Virus record (IMG/VR): IMGVR_UViG_3300032281_001136
Span: 1-30,862 of that record
Reading direction: 5' to 3' (one strand)
Length of the DNA: 30,862 bases
Source: a virus
Taxonomy: Duplodnaviria; Caudoviricetes
Positions 10,501 through 18,892 of the stretch are shown here, in pieces. A model generated the notes under the pieces. The model was not told the DNA's origin. It worked only from the letters and a program-made list of their open reading frames with translations, and ran no database searches. A program made the position numbers and the translations under genes. Position 1 is the stretch's first letter, and the number at the start of each line of letters is the position of its first letter.

Positions 10501-10725
10501 TTGTAAACTATTTAATTCGTCGTTTTGTATTTTTTTACGTGTACTTTTTTCGCTTACAACTTTTTTATTAAAATTTGAATATTTTTCTTCTAAACTACTA
10601 ACAGCTTCTATGATATCGCCGCGAGGATCTATGCTTTCGTAGACTGGCTCAGCGGTTGATACAGGATTCTCTTTAGGTGCGAGCCCATTAAGTTTTCCTA
10701 AGATATCATAGATGTTATCGCTCAT
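7513..10725 (-). CDS. Large modular low-complexity protein, putative prohead core/internal protein
   Basis: 1070 aa with a coiled-coil segment, DLDKDGD motif, IAYATAWK module, duplicated TEGN.F.G.LA...EFE.DGKK module, two CxxCxxxPCxC motifs and many (L/I/M)xE sites. Confidence 0.65.
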   Translation of the reverse strand: MSDNIYDILGKLNGLAPKENPVSTAEPVYESIDPRGDIIEAVSSLEEKYSNFNKKVVSEKSTRKKIQNDELNSLQSPALNYKGDNPVVKNFLATAKSQDPASKNDLEAAMHSIAVLSTQSSQQRNDLARTQKNLDSAQQMLAKTQQNQDALRQVITTSDQRFRTLNDKVAKGEITAADQQAAIAAQSIEKDQDAATASIDQGQSAPAQSVAPPAAVPSAPKLTQKVTSKAKSAELTNQPDPNVGAGLKIASPGLNPNYPVDTTADAANTDPLSQYLGRTKKVANMKETQLEEMDTGVSSNTGIQNAQKIANFLSAHQKYREALENPQSGYTPQQPPVSVVLQFTSPDGRQNVVNLSKSTVDKLINSLKRPGTTNQDRSDFTNIILADADKLRDYMNNLNAPRPVRKVMSVNKGQDIPDMDQDKFSGNKKLPQGSQEPQLQESLGNKTMTKPTSIIEAVRSVEDKKLREAAKPDFLDLDKDGDTDEPMKKAAKDAKKHEPAEVDKDAVAKRKRLQALKDKQEDERAERGDDDKSSSRVVKGRAYGGSAQKDDKEDDDLDESGLQAYLGKKKYGKEGMKALQQAGRDGASKEKMAMLRAKHDKMDEVAPPGAKAERMVKHIKKGYAKDGKVTPKEKGIAYATAWKAKKAGKLEESRNAESSEYTYETIGRILCDEQSGLDANSEAFVKAVYDELIEMKLTPKAARWLVHYDEDFLSDCATSYGHFCASKEKEMAECGSPMNSFVSEEPLLDAQQELDEIARLAGLTRENYNPMVPGDSASPLTYAGCPKCNADPCCCEDENAMDEGMGCSEDELNEAATRKDFRMVADLLKSIPDMAKRTELAMYHADIFKQQNSRFKKEMFLAAAGIDTTPIKDESIETEGNAFTGKLAATEKGGEFELDGKKFKDTSDLEEEMSTEGNEFSGALAKAKASGEKEFEVDGKKYTVKEDINVNVSANGEEDVVNLIRKLSGMPMIAIQAQPAEQSCGICGSSPCGCESLEEDGPTERDVEYTNSPREEVAGTDAAIPAGADLNRAKRQYKKEYPGDNPMAVAEAKEESLWKAYEEMINDVKA

Positions 10726-10736
10726 TCTATAGACCT

Positions 10737-11360
10737 TTATTTTGCACTTGATATTTTATTTTTTGTGCTACCCACTGGACTTTTGTCACCGACGGGTACA
10801 TCATTAGTAGTTTTAGCGTATGCAGGATCTTTTTCACCACCGATCGTTTTGTCGCTGCCCGCAATTTCAAACTTTGCCGGTTTGTTTAGTTCTTTAAGGA
10901 TCGTGCCTGCTTCGCTGTAGGCTTTACCTGCAGCTTTTTGTTCTGCTGTGGCTTCCGGAAGTGGTTGTGTTAGTACATCTTCGCCTTGTTTGAATTCACG
11001 TAGTTCGTTGCCTTCTAAATCCCAACGCCAAATTTCTTCTGGATTGTTAGGTGATACTACCACAACTTGTGATAGGCTACAACCTAAACGTTCTGCCACG
11101 ATAACACGTAGTTGTGCGTCATTTACTGGATATTTTAACACTGCATCCATTAAGAATACTTCAACATTTGGAATGTTTGGGAAATCGACATCATTGGCTT
11201 TGATTGGTAAGCGTTTTATCGCACCTACGCTTTCTACTGCGTATTTTGTAAGTCCAACTTTAAGTCCGTCTAATTTGTCTTTAGGGTCGCAGTTAGCGAT
11301 CTTAATACGGAACTCGTAGGTTTTTTGAACTTCTGAAAGATATTGTAAAAAGTTTTTCAT
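10737..11360 (-). CDS. Hypothetical virion-associated protein
   Basis: 207 aa; N-terminus MKNFLQYLSE resembles T4 internal-protein capsid-targeting leaders. SD AGGA and a late box lie upstream. Confidence 0.7.
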   Translation of the reverse strand: MKNFLQYLSEVQKTYEFRIKIANCDPKDKLDGLKVGLTKYAVESVGAIKRLPIKANDVDFPNIPNVEVFLMDAVLKYPVNDAQLRVIVAERLGCSLSQVVVVSPNNPEEIWRWDLEGNELREFKQGEDVLTQPLPEATAEQKAAGKAYSEAGTILKELNKPAKFEIAGSDKTIGGEKDPAYAKTTNDVPVGDKSPVGSTKNKISSAK

Positions 11361-11380
11361 ATAATTAGATCCTATTAGTG

Positions 11381-11902
11381 TTATTTATCAGTTTTACCTA
11401 AGATTTGCTTGAGTAGTTCGTTGCGATCTAATACCACTGCTTGACCGTCTTCTGCTTCGATGATCTTATCTCCATCAGTTTTATTGTTGTCTTTAGCTAT
11501 TTGTGCATCTAAACGTGCCTTTTTCAGCTGTAAATCCACCATACGTAGCTTCTTATCCAGCTTGGCTTGCTTGGCTGTAATAGCGTGTCCTAATAAGGTG
11601 CCTGCTGTAGCCAGGATGTGTCCGCTGAAGCGTGCTTCAACGTTCATACCTAAATCTATTAGATCTTGAAATTTATCTTTAGCAAGATCACTGAGGTCAT
11701 CTAATTCTTTGTCGCTAATATCTAAATCATTAACAAATGGCAACGCAGCATCAATTTTATCAATAGCGTTATCTACTTCCTGTATAATAGCTCGTTGCTT
11801 TTCTATAGAAGGATTGCTGCCCATAGTGCTGTCTGTTTCATCTGTTCCTGTAGTTTCCTCTGCAGGGGGCAAATTAAATAGTTCTTGTAGTTTTTGTGTC
11901 AT
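11381..11902 (-). CDS. Probable terminase small subunit (T4 gp16-like)
   Basis: 173 aa, predicted two long central helices, C-terminal AVVLDRNELLKQIL. Size, architecture and position upstream of terL fit, but there is no diagnostic catalytic motif. Confidence 0.5.
   Translation of the reverse strand: MTQKLQELFNLPPAEETTGTDETDSTMGSNPSIEKQRAIIQEVDNAIDKIDAALPFVNDLDISDKELDDLSDLAKDKFQDLIDLGMNVEARFSGHILATAGTLLGHAITAKQAKLDKKLRMVDLQLKKARLDAQIAKDNNKTDGDKIIEAEDGQAVVLDRNELLKQILGKTDK
11382..11389 (-). promoter_or_regulatory. Late promoter box GATAAATA
   Basis: Formed by the last codons and stop (GAT AAA TAA) of the upstream gene; 21 nt before ATG 11360. Confidence 0.65.
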
Positions 11903-12885
11903 GATAAAACATTCTCTTTAATATGAGGGATTTTATTTTTTGGATTATTACTGCACATGTCACATAAAGGAATAGAAGAATTTCTTGTTTTATAAAAATA
12001 TTGTAATTCTTTTTCTGTAATGTTAGTAAAATCCAATGGTTTATAATTTAAATAAGGTTCCCAATCCTTGTCATTTTTCTGATTTTTTACTTTAAGTAAC
12101 GCCGGTAATATCATAAACCAACTACATTTATATAGCTTAGAATCTTTTATAATGTGACAATTTGGCATCGAACACCCATTCTTATAAGACCCAACTGGAT
12201 CTTTTGTGGCATAGGGTTTTATTTGTCCGTTAGTATTTGTGTAATATCCGGGGAAAAATTCTAAATGTTTTGTTATAGTAACAGGTGTAGTTTTATTTTT
12301 ATTTTTATATTCAAATACTTCTTGTCTATTTAGTAAACTCAACAACTCTTTCAGATTGGTGTTTTTAATATTTTTGACAAGATTATTTATTTTAATTGTG
12401 TTTTCTTTTCTTAACTCCCAATTTATCTTTGTTACCTTTGTTACTTGATGTTGGTCAATAAAATCTTTTAATTTTGTATAAAATTTTTTTGAAGTTGTAT
12501 CTTTAGAAAATAAAATGAAATGATCCGACACATCTATAGATACAGGATGGAATTTATCTAAAAATTGCAGTAATTTTTCCTGATATTTTTGCAATAATAA
12601 TCCATTTGTTATTAAATGTATAGTTGCTTTAGGAAATTTTTGTCTAATTTTTTCAGTGATAATTTCTATAGTATCCCAATAAAGAAATATTTCACCGCCC
12701 ATTAATTTGATATTTTTAGTACTAACATATTTTTCTAAATTATCAATGCTTTGAATAATTGAATCAATTGATGGATCAAAATTTTTAGTTTTAATTAAAT
12801 CTGATGCACTGGTGCATCCTTTACAATTTAAATTGCACTGGTGACCATAAAAAATTTCAACAAATTCTAATTTGATTTTTCTCAC
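11899..12885 (-). CDS. Radical SAM protein with extra C-terminal cysteines
   Basis: CNLNCKGC (CxxxCxxC), MGGE and ITNG motifs, plus C-terminal CSMPNC/LYKC/CDMC. Start reassigned to in-frame GTG 12885, which removes the 91-nt overlap with the upstream gene. Confidence 0.85.
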   Translation of the reverse strand: MRKIKLEFVEIFYGHQCNLNCKGCTSASDLIKTKNFDPSIDSIIQSIDNLEKYVSTKNIKLMGGEIFLYWDTIEIITEKIRQKFPKATIHLITNGLLLQKYQEKLLQFLDKFHPVSIDVSDHFILFSKDTTSKKFYTKLKDFIDQHQVTKVTKINWELRKENTIKINNLVKNIKNTNLKELLSLLNRQEVFEYKNKNKTTPVTITKHLEFFPGYYTNTNGQIKPYATKDPVGSYKNGCSMPNCHIIKDSKLYKCSWFMILPALLKVKNQKNDKDWEPYLNYKPLDFTNITEKELQYFYKTRNSSIPLCDMCSNNPKNKIPHIKENVLS

Positions 12886-12890
12886 ACAGG

Positions 12891-12898
12891 TATTTACC
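12891..12898 (-). promoter_or_regulatory. Late promoter box GGTAAATA
   Basis: Includes the stop codon of the gp4-like gene; 5 nt before GTG 12885. Confidence 0.55.
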
Positions 12899-13325
12899 GC
12901 TTGACGTTTTTGAATATATCGTATTCGGTAATAACTCTGAAGCGCATGTTGTTGGCACGTGCCCACGAATCTGCGGCGGCCCATTTGGCCATGTTGATTG
13001 CTACACTGAGTTTATCTCTGTAGCTACGAGCCGATTCCATGGTTGTTTCTGTTGAGGGTTTTACTTCTACTACTTCTGTGTGTTGCTTTTGATTAGCATC
13101 TACATAGACTATAAGAAAGTCTGGAACGTAGATAGTATTCTTACCGCTAACTGGATTATAATAAGGAATCTTAACGCTTTCACTGGTCCAATTTAGCACA
13201 GCGGGATTGTTGTCACAAAAGTTCATAAAGGCAAATTCCCAACTGCTGCGATATGTTGGTAATTTTTTACCCATGTATTTTTCTGGGTTCTTAACTGTAA
13301 ATTTACCGTTAGCGTATTTGGCCAT
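12894..13325 (-). CDS. Head completion protein, T4 gp4-like (TnsA-like PD-(D/E)xK fold)
   Basis: GKFTVKNPEKY, YRSSWE, W.SE.V.IPY, YVPDF, EVKP, N.AKW.AA and FRVITE motifs. Confidence 0.88.
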   Translation of the reverse strand: MAKYANGKFTVKNPEKYMGKKLPTYRSSWEFAFMNFCDNNPAVLNWTSESVKIPYYNPVSGKNTIYVPDFLIVYVDANQKQHTEVVEVKPSTETTMESARSYRDKLSVAINMAKWAAADSWARANNMRFRVITEYDIFKNVKR

Positions 13326-13327
13326 GA

Positions 13328-13690
13328 CTAAGGTAAGATCGCTCTAGTAATATATTTGTTAGTTTGTGGACTATTGTTTAATCCAAGCAAACTTGTCCCT
13401 GATCGATTAATATTTAAAAACATAGTAAGATAGGCATTTAGCTCACCTGGACTTAATTTTTGAAATTCATCGATTAATTCCATTGGAGTAATATCCTGTG
13501 ACTGTGCTGTGTACAATACCGCAGAGGCCAAAGTTATTCCACTTTCTTTATTTCCGGTCACTGTTTGGAAATATCCAATAACAGCATCGTTTATATTTTC
13601 ACTGGTTGTAGTTGGTTGAGTAAAAAAATTATCAAAAAATTCTGTAGTATTATTTGTAGAATTAGGTGGTGGCAAATTTCCGTAAATCAT
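13328..13690 (-). CDS. Hypothetical protein in tail module
   Basis: 120 aa, SD AGGA, tightly packed between structural genes. Confidence 0.7.
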   Translation of the reverse strand: MIYGNLPPPNSTNNTTEFFDNFFTQPTTTSENINDAVIGYFQTVTGNKESGITLASAVLYTAQSQDITPMELIDEFQKLSPGELNAYLTMFLNINRSGTSLLGLNNSPQTNKYITRAILP

Positions 13691-13699
13691 TTATAATTC

Positions 13700-14827
13700 C
13701 TATAAGAAAATTGTTCCGGCGTTCAGTGGAGGAACTTGATTACTCTGAGTATTCATATTTTGCACACCTCCGGCGGGTTTACCGTATGGGGTATTTCCTG
13801 CTAATCCTGGTATACTTTGTACCGCTTTACTGATTCCGTCTTGAACACTACTTGCCGTAGGAACAAAAATAGTACTTTGTGTATTTTGGCCGCGAAGTAT
13901 ATTTGTAGCTGTTTGTGCAAGCTCTGCTCCTGCTACTGTTTTAAGATTAGTGTTTTTAAAATTATTAAATGTTCTTAAACTTCCTAATAGAGATGCACCA
14001 TAGTTACCATTTTGTAAATTAGTAACAGAATCAGCAACTCCCTCAACTAATCCGCCCGGACCTAAGATGCTTGTTGTGCCGCCACCTAAACTTGATAATG
14101 GGCTCGGAGTGTTATCATAATGCATGATATTAAAGCCCATAACTGTGCCACGACTAACAGGTCCATATTCATATTGCACAGCTTCATACGCAACTGTCAT
14201 CGAATGTTCCAATGGAGTGTATTCTCCTTGAGTATGGTCACCATGTTGGAATGCTTGTATAGTTGGTCGAAATAAGATATATGAGCTAAATGATTTTTGA
14301 TGTAGGCTGTAGATCCTGATAGCATTTATATAATTTGGAGCTCCGGCGCCTGTGTTTTTTGGGCTAAATCCCCAATTTTGTTCTTGTCTGATATCATATT
14401 TGTATTCTTGATTATATAAAGATTGTGAATGGTCAGCATCTCTATAATAGTATGAGTAATAGCCATTCCAAAAATTACGCACCACGTTTGCACTATCGTC
14501 ATGAAACGTAATACTAATAGGGTCGTAATTGATACGTTCTTGTACTATATTTTTTCTATTATAGGAATTTAATACTTTATTCTGTATAGTAAATTTGGGT
14601 AATTGTGCAGTTTTAGCCATCAATCCCAATTCGTAATTACTATTAGCGTTTTGTGGATCGCGTTTGGCCACAGCAGGATTAAGTTCGATAAACACATGAA
14701 ATAGTGCACCACTCTTGGGGCTTAGTCTATATAAGCTATCAACAAAGGTTCGTGCAGCATGTTGATAATCTCTTATCTGATCACCTTCAGCTAATTGTCG
14801 TAAAAACTGATTAAAAAATCCTGACAT
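13700..14827 (-). CDS. Tail tube-like baseplate/tube initiator protein (gp54/gp48/gp19 superfamily)
   Basis: KTAQLPKFTI...N.YNRK...INYDPISITFHDD...MTVAYE parallels the adjacent tube protein; Gly/Ser-rich C-terminal tail. Confidence 0.7.
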   Translation of the reverse strand: MSGFFNQFLRQLAEGDQIRDYQHAARTFVDSLYRLSPKSGALFHVFIELNPAVAKRDPQNANSNYELGLMAKTAQLPKFTIQNKVLNSYNRKNIVQERINYDPISITFHDDSANVVRNFWNGYYSYYYRDADHSQSLYNQEYKYDIRQEQNWGFSPKNTGAGAPNYINAIRIYSLHQKSFSSYILFRPTIQAFQHGDHTQGEYTPLEHSMTVAYEAVQYEYGPVSRGTVMGFNIMHYDNTPSPLSSLGGGTTSILGPGGLVEGVADSVTNLQNGNYGASLLGSLRTFNNFKNTNLKTVAGAELAQTATNILRGQNTQSTIFVPTASSVQDGISKAVQSIPGLAGNTPYGKPAGGVQNMNTQSNQVPPLNAGTIFL

Positions 14828-14848
14828 ATAAATCTTCCGCCTTTACAT

Positions 14849-14856
14849 TATTTATC
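14849..14856 (-). promoter_or_regulatory. Late promoter box GATAAATA
   Basis: Immediately after the tube-gene terminator; 21 nt before ATG 14827. Confidence 0.7.
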
Positions 14857-14859
14857 GTC

Positions 14860-14889
14860 AAAAAAAAGCCCGGATTTTACCCGGGCTTT
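14860..14889 (-). terminator. Intrinsic terminator after tail tube gene
   Basis: AAAGCCCGG-7 nt-CCGGGCTTT stem followed by a U8 run on the minus strand. Confidence 0.88.
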
Positions 14890-14909
14890 GTGTTGAATTT
14901 TCGCCTGGA

Positions 14910-15527
14910 TTAACCAGTAATTACTGTACCTAATGTTCTTGCTACTGAAGCACCAACCCCTGTACCAATTGGTGTTTGGATAGCATTATCATAACGGATC
15001 GTTAACGCAATAGTCATCGGATCATTTGAACCGTATTCAGCATTAGCATAGTCTGTGTTAGTTAAGAAGCAACCATACATTTCCCATGTTTCAAGAACTG
15101 TCACTTCATTGGCACCGTTGCCGCCGTCTAATACTTCAAAACGTGTTAAGAATTTATAATCAATACCAGAACTTGCAGAGCTTTGTTCCATAAAATCAAA
15201 TTGTTTTTGTAATTGTTCACCGACACGTTTAGCAACTTCACCGCTGGCATCATCACGTAGTGTACAAGTAACTGGATCCCATGTAGGTTTACCGGCAAGA
15301 TAAACTCGACTGTTATATACTGGAATTTCAATTGGATCAAATGTCAATGTTGGACGTTTAAAATCCATAACTTGTTTTGTCAACTCGGTTGTTGGTTGAC
15401 TTACGCCAAAATTTTCAAATGTTACGCGGAAGCGGAACTTGAGTTTAGGCATTAGCAAGCCTTGACTTGTTGCACTCTGATTAGTACTTAGGGGTACCGT
15501 AAATTTACTTAATGACGATGTTGCCAT
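14910..15527 (-). CDS. gp19: Tail tube protein, T4 gp19-like
   Basis: PKLKFRFRVTF, YLAGKPTWDPVTCTLRDD, WEMYGCF and IALTIRYDNA motifs; directly follows the sheath gene. Confidence 0.9.
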   Translation of the reverse strand: MATSSLSKFTVPLSTNQSATSQGLLMPKLKFRFRVTFENFGVSQPTTELTKQVMDFKRPTLTFDPIEIPVYNSRVYLAGKPTWDPVTCTLRDDASGEVAKRVGEQLQKQFDFMEQSSASSGIDYKFLTRFEVLDGGNGANEVTVLETWEMYGCFLTNTDYANAEYGSNDPMTIALTIRYDNAIQTPIGTGVGASVARTLGTVITG

Positions 15528-15545
15528 TTTATTATTCCTTTTATA

Positions 15546-15553
15546 TATTTACC
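15546..15553 (-). promoter_or_regulatory. Late promoter box GGTAAATA
   Basis: Between sheath and tube genes; followed by SD AAGGA and ATG 15527. Confidence 0.6.
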
Positions 15554-15570
15554 TATTATTCGTTTACACC

Positions 15571-15592
15571 ATGGGAGAGTCTCCTCTCCCAT
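15571..15592 (-). other. 9-bp RNA hairpin with GAGA tetraloop between sheath and tube genes
   Basis: ATGGGAGAG-GAGA-CTCTCCCAT on the minus strand; no U tract. Confidence 0.7.
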
Positions 15593-15604
15593 TATGTGCG
15601 TATA

Positions 15605-18600
15605 TTAAACGATAGCTAACGGGTCTCCTGTATTAACTAAACGTACTGGGATATAGATAAACTCAATTGCTTTAACTGGTTTGAGAGCAATGTCCACATA
15701 TAGTTCGTTGCGATCAATACGATCTGGTGTGTTGTTTGTTGTATCACAGACTACCAAGTAGTCATAGATACCACGTTTAGCAACTAGGTCGTTTAGAACT
15801 GCTTCAAACCCTGCTTTAACTTGATTACGTGTGATTGTATCATTTGGTTCAAAGATGAACGGACGAGCAACTTGATCTAATACTAAACGTAGATAACATA
15901 CTAATCTTGCAACGTTAATTCTGTCCATAGATGTTGTTTGTGATGCACGAGTTTTTTGACCATAAGCTACTAACCCTACACCAGGAAGTACTGTTAACGG
16001 ATTTACTCTTGCTGAATATAAAATATCACGTAAACCAACTGTTACTCCAATACTTCGGAATATATTATTGTCAGTAATATCAACATAACCAATTGAGCTA
16101 ACATTATCAATTAAACCACGACGGACACCAGCCGGTGCGAACCATGGATAACTTAAATTGTCACTGCGGATAAATGTTCTTAGCATCATGTGGCTTGGAG
16201 GAGTAACAACACTGTTACCATCTAAATTAGTTGATAACCCGCTTGGATAGTAAACACCTAAGAATTCACTGTTACTTACTAAACCATCTTCGCCGTTTTC
16301 TGCAGCTAAACCACTGTTTGTAGCCCAGGCTTGAACTGAAGTAGCATCACTTGATAAAGTCAATGGACTGTCACCAATAATAAATGCAGTTTGTTTGCGA
16401 TCATTATTTAATGTAATCATTTCACCAATTAGTTCTGGATAACCAGGAGCACAAATTAAATTAAATTGTGTTTGTTCTTCTCTTAATGCTGTGCTTGAAC
16501 TAATTGCTGATTTTAATGCACGTACAATAACACTGCGTTGTGCTTTATGACCAAAATATGGTACACCTGTTGTTGGATCTTCGCCACTGTAGCTTACCCA
16601 AGCTGCAACTATTGTTGCTGGAGTTGGGTCATTCGCTAATGCTGTATTGTTATATTCTTTAACATTGTACCCGCTGCGTCGTGTATTAAACAATAGTGTG
16701 CCGCGTGGATATAATTGATAACTTGGAGCATCATAATCAAGATAATCACTTGTTAACAAGTCTTTAGTTGGCGGAATACTGTCTGTAATTGGATTTGTAT
16801 TACCGTTAGCGGCCCATCTTGCATCAGCAAATAAAATACCGTCTGCTGTCACTTGGTCAGTTTTATCAATTAAACTCCAAACCTGTAAAGTTGCATCATA
16901 ACGATATAAAACTGGATAGTTTTCAAGATCGCTAGTATCAATCCATAAATCGCCCGAAACCAATGATGTTGTACCATCACTTTGTGTTGTTGGTGTTGTA
17001 GCACTTAAAATAACACCGTTATCATCTGTATTAGACAAATTATAACCACGAGCGTCATTGGTTACCATTTGATAGCCCTTCCATCCTGTACCATCGCTGA
17101 CCATGACATCAACTTCTAATGGATTATTATAATACCATAATACACCATCACTTGGATTACTATACGGTGCAGTTGTGCTTGGGGTATATGTTAATGCGGT
17201 AAATGGACTGGCCAAATACACACTGCCGGCTGTAATTGTTTGAACTTTGCTGTCAGCTAATAAACCTGCCATACTTAGAGGATTACCTACACCTAAAGTG
17301 ATCTTTATAGTGCCGCCTGCAAGATGACTTATACTAATAGCGCCACTTGATTCGATTGCAGCATTTAGATTTGGTAAACCTACACTTAAAATATCACCCA
17401 CTAAACTGTCAGCTGTTGTACCTGACAACGTGACTGTTGCTGAACTTGTAACTGTTGACGCTGGGATTGAAACTTCTAATGTAAATGAATTACCAATACT
17501 GTATGTTGCTGAACCACCTGCTACGTTACCAGTAATTTTTAATACGCCTGTTACGTTTTTAACATATGGTTTGAATGAACCCGTATTAGTGCCAAGAGTA
17601 TCGTATTTAACATAGGTTGTACCAGCTGGTAAACCAGATCCACCACTTGTGAAGTCTAAACCTTGGATAGCTGTAGTATCGCTGGTATATAATGGTGCTG
17701 ATAATGATTCCCAACTACTTAATGTGCTGCTGTATTCTTTAAGACCCCAGTTAGCACCATTACCTGTTGCTGAAGTTTTAAACCATACAGATCCATATGG
17801 ACGCGGGAATGCATCACTTGTTCTCCATGCTGGTGGGCTTGTATAACTTGCATATGATACTGTTGGACCTAAAATTGTTTTGTTATTAGCTGCACCATCT
17901 AATGCTGTAAATAGACCAACTTTACCTGCTAAGTCGACATTACCAAAACCAAACGCTGTACCTTTGGCAATATACAATTTACCATCTGGCAATGCAACGT
18001 TGCCAGAGCTTGCGGAGGTTGCATCAGCAAATAATTCTAATGTACCTTCAGTGGTAATATGCGCTGTGACACCCTGCACACCTGCTGAATTAATTGCACT
18101 TGCTACGCCAGCCATAGTTATTGCGCCGGTTGTAATTGTTGTACCGTTTAGACGAATTTTGTCCCAAATTGATAAGTTACCTGGACTAGCAATTTCACCA
18201 GTAATAATAGGCACATTTGCAGCCCAGCTCGAGCTACCCACTAACGACCATTGGTTACTGTAACCTTTGAAGTAAACAGGATTACTTGTACTTGTAGCGA
18301 CTACAGCATAATCACCAATGGCACCCACAGAACTTAGTGGTACTCCACTATTTAATTTTGTTGTGTCTGTGATTACTGTTGGGGTTTTTAATAAAAATGA
18401 TGGGCCGTCAGCTTGCCATTCATATATACCCCAACTGGTATTATTTAGATCTAACCAGTATGTACCGTCAGATGGTTCACCTGTTGGTCGAATACTTGTG
18501 CCTTCAAGTCGAGCTAAGTCAACGTTGGCTCTTTGTACATATAATTGATTACTAACACCTAATGCGCTATATGCTGTTAATAAACCATATTCGTTGCGTT

Positions 18601-18859
18601 CATCAGCATTGATTGGATTACCTGCTGCGTCAGTTTGGAATGTCGGGGTTCCAAATAAATTAGTTAAATCTCTTTGACTTGTTACTGTTATTAGTTTTTC
18701 AGCATTAGCTTGTGATGTACCAGTAGCTATAGTGCCACTTGGATTTGTTTTATCTTGAGCAGTAGCAAGTAGGACATAAGCAATTGAACCTGCTGCGGTT
18801 GGTGTATATTGACTTTCATCAATTATCGTTACTTGTACTCCGGGTGAAATAAGTGCCAT
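15605..18859 (-). CDS. gp18: Contractile tail sheath protein, T4 gp18-like, with large insertions
   Basis: MALISPGVQVTIIDES start, PWFAPAGVRRG, GQKT, DRINVARL, FIFEPND, NNTPDRIDRNEL and KPVKAIEFIYI motifs. Confidence 0.96.
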   Translation of the reverse strand: MALISPGVQVTIIDESQYTPTAAGSIAYVLLATAQDKTNPSGTIATGTSQANAEKLITVTSQRDLTNLFGTPTFQTDAAGNPINADERNEYGLLTAYSALGVSNQLYVQRANVDLARLEGTSIRPTGEPSDGTYWLDLNNTSWGIYEWQADGPSFLLKTPTVITDTTKLNSGVPLSSVGAIGDYAVVATSTSNPVYFKGYSNQWSLVGSSSWAANVPIITGEIASPGNLSIWDKIRLNGTTITTGAITMAGVASAINSAGVQGVTAHITTEGTLELFADATSASSGNVALPDGKLYIAKGTAFGFGNVDLAGKVGLFTALDGAANNKTILGPTVSYASYTSPPAWRTSDAFPRPYGSVWFKTSATGNGANWGLKEYSSTLSSWESLSAPLYTSDTTAIQGLDFTSGGSGLPAGTTYVKYDTLGTNTGSFKPYVKNVTGVLKITGNVAGGSATYSIGNSFTLEVSIPASTVTSSATVTLSGTTADSLVGDILSVGLPNLNAAIESSGAISISHLAGGTIKITLGVGNPLSMAGLLADSKVQTITAGSVYLASPFTALTYTPSTTAPYSNPSDGVLWYYNNPLEVDVMVSDGTGWKGYQMVTNDARGYNLSNTDDNGVILSATTPTTQSDGTTSLVSGDLWIDTSDLENYPVLYRYDATLQVWSLIDKTDQVTADGILFADARWAANGNTNPITDSIPPTKDLLTSDYLDYDAPSYQLYPRGTLLFNTRRSGYNVKEYNNTALANDPTPATIVAAWVSYSGEDPTTGVPYFGHKAQRSVIVRALKSAISSSTALREEQTQFNLICAPGYPELIGEMITLNNDRKQTAFIIGDSPLTLSSDATSVQAWATNSGLAAENGEDGLVSNSEFLGVYYPSGLSTNLDGNSVVTPPSHMMLRTFIRSDNLSYPWFAPAGVRRGLIDNVSSIGYVDITDNNIFRSIGVTVGLRDILYSARVNPLTVLPGVGLVAYGQKTRASQTTSMDRINVARLVCYLRLVLDQVARPFIFEPNDTITRNQVKAGFEAVLNDLVAKRGIYDYLVVCDTTNNTPDRIDRNELYVDIALKPVKAIEFIYIPVRLVNTGDPLAIV

Positions 18860-18892
18860 AGTATTTGTTCCTCTAAATAGGTTACTTTAAAC

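Noticed and set aside
12886-12984. N-terminal 33 aa of the radical SAM ORF as called by the track
   Set aside because: Overlaps the gp4-like gene; GTG 12885 puts CxxxCxxC at a normal N-terminal position.
12894-13325. TnsA transposase / Tn7-like element
   Set aside because: Motifs and context match the T4 gp4-like head-completion family; no other transposition genes or element ends are visible.
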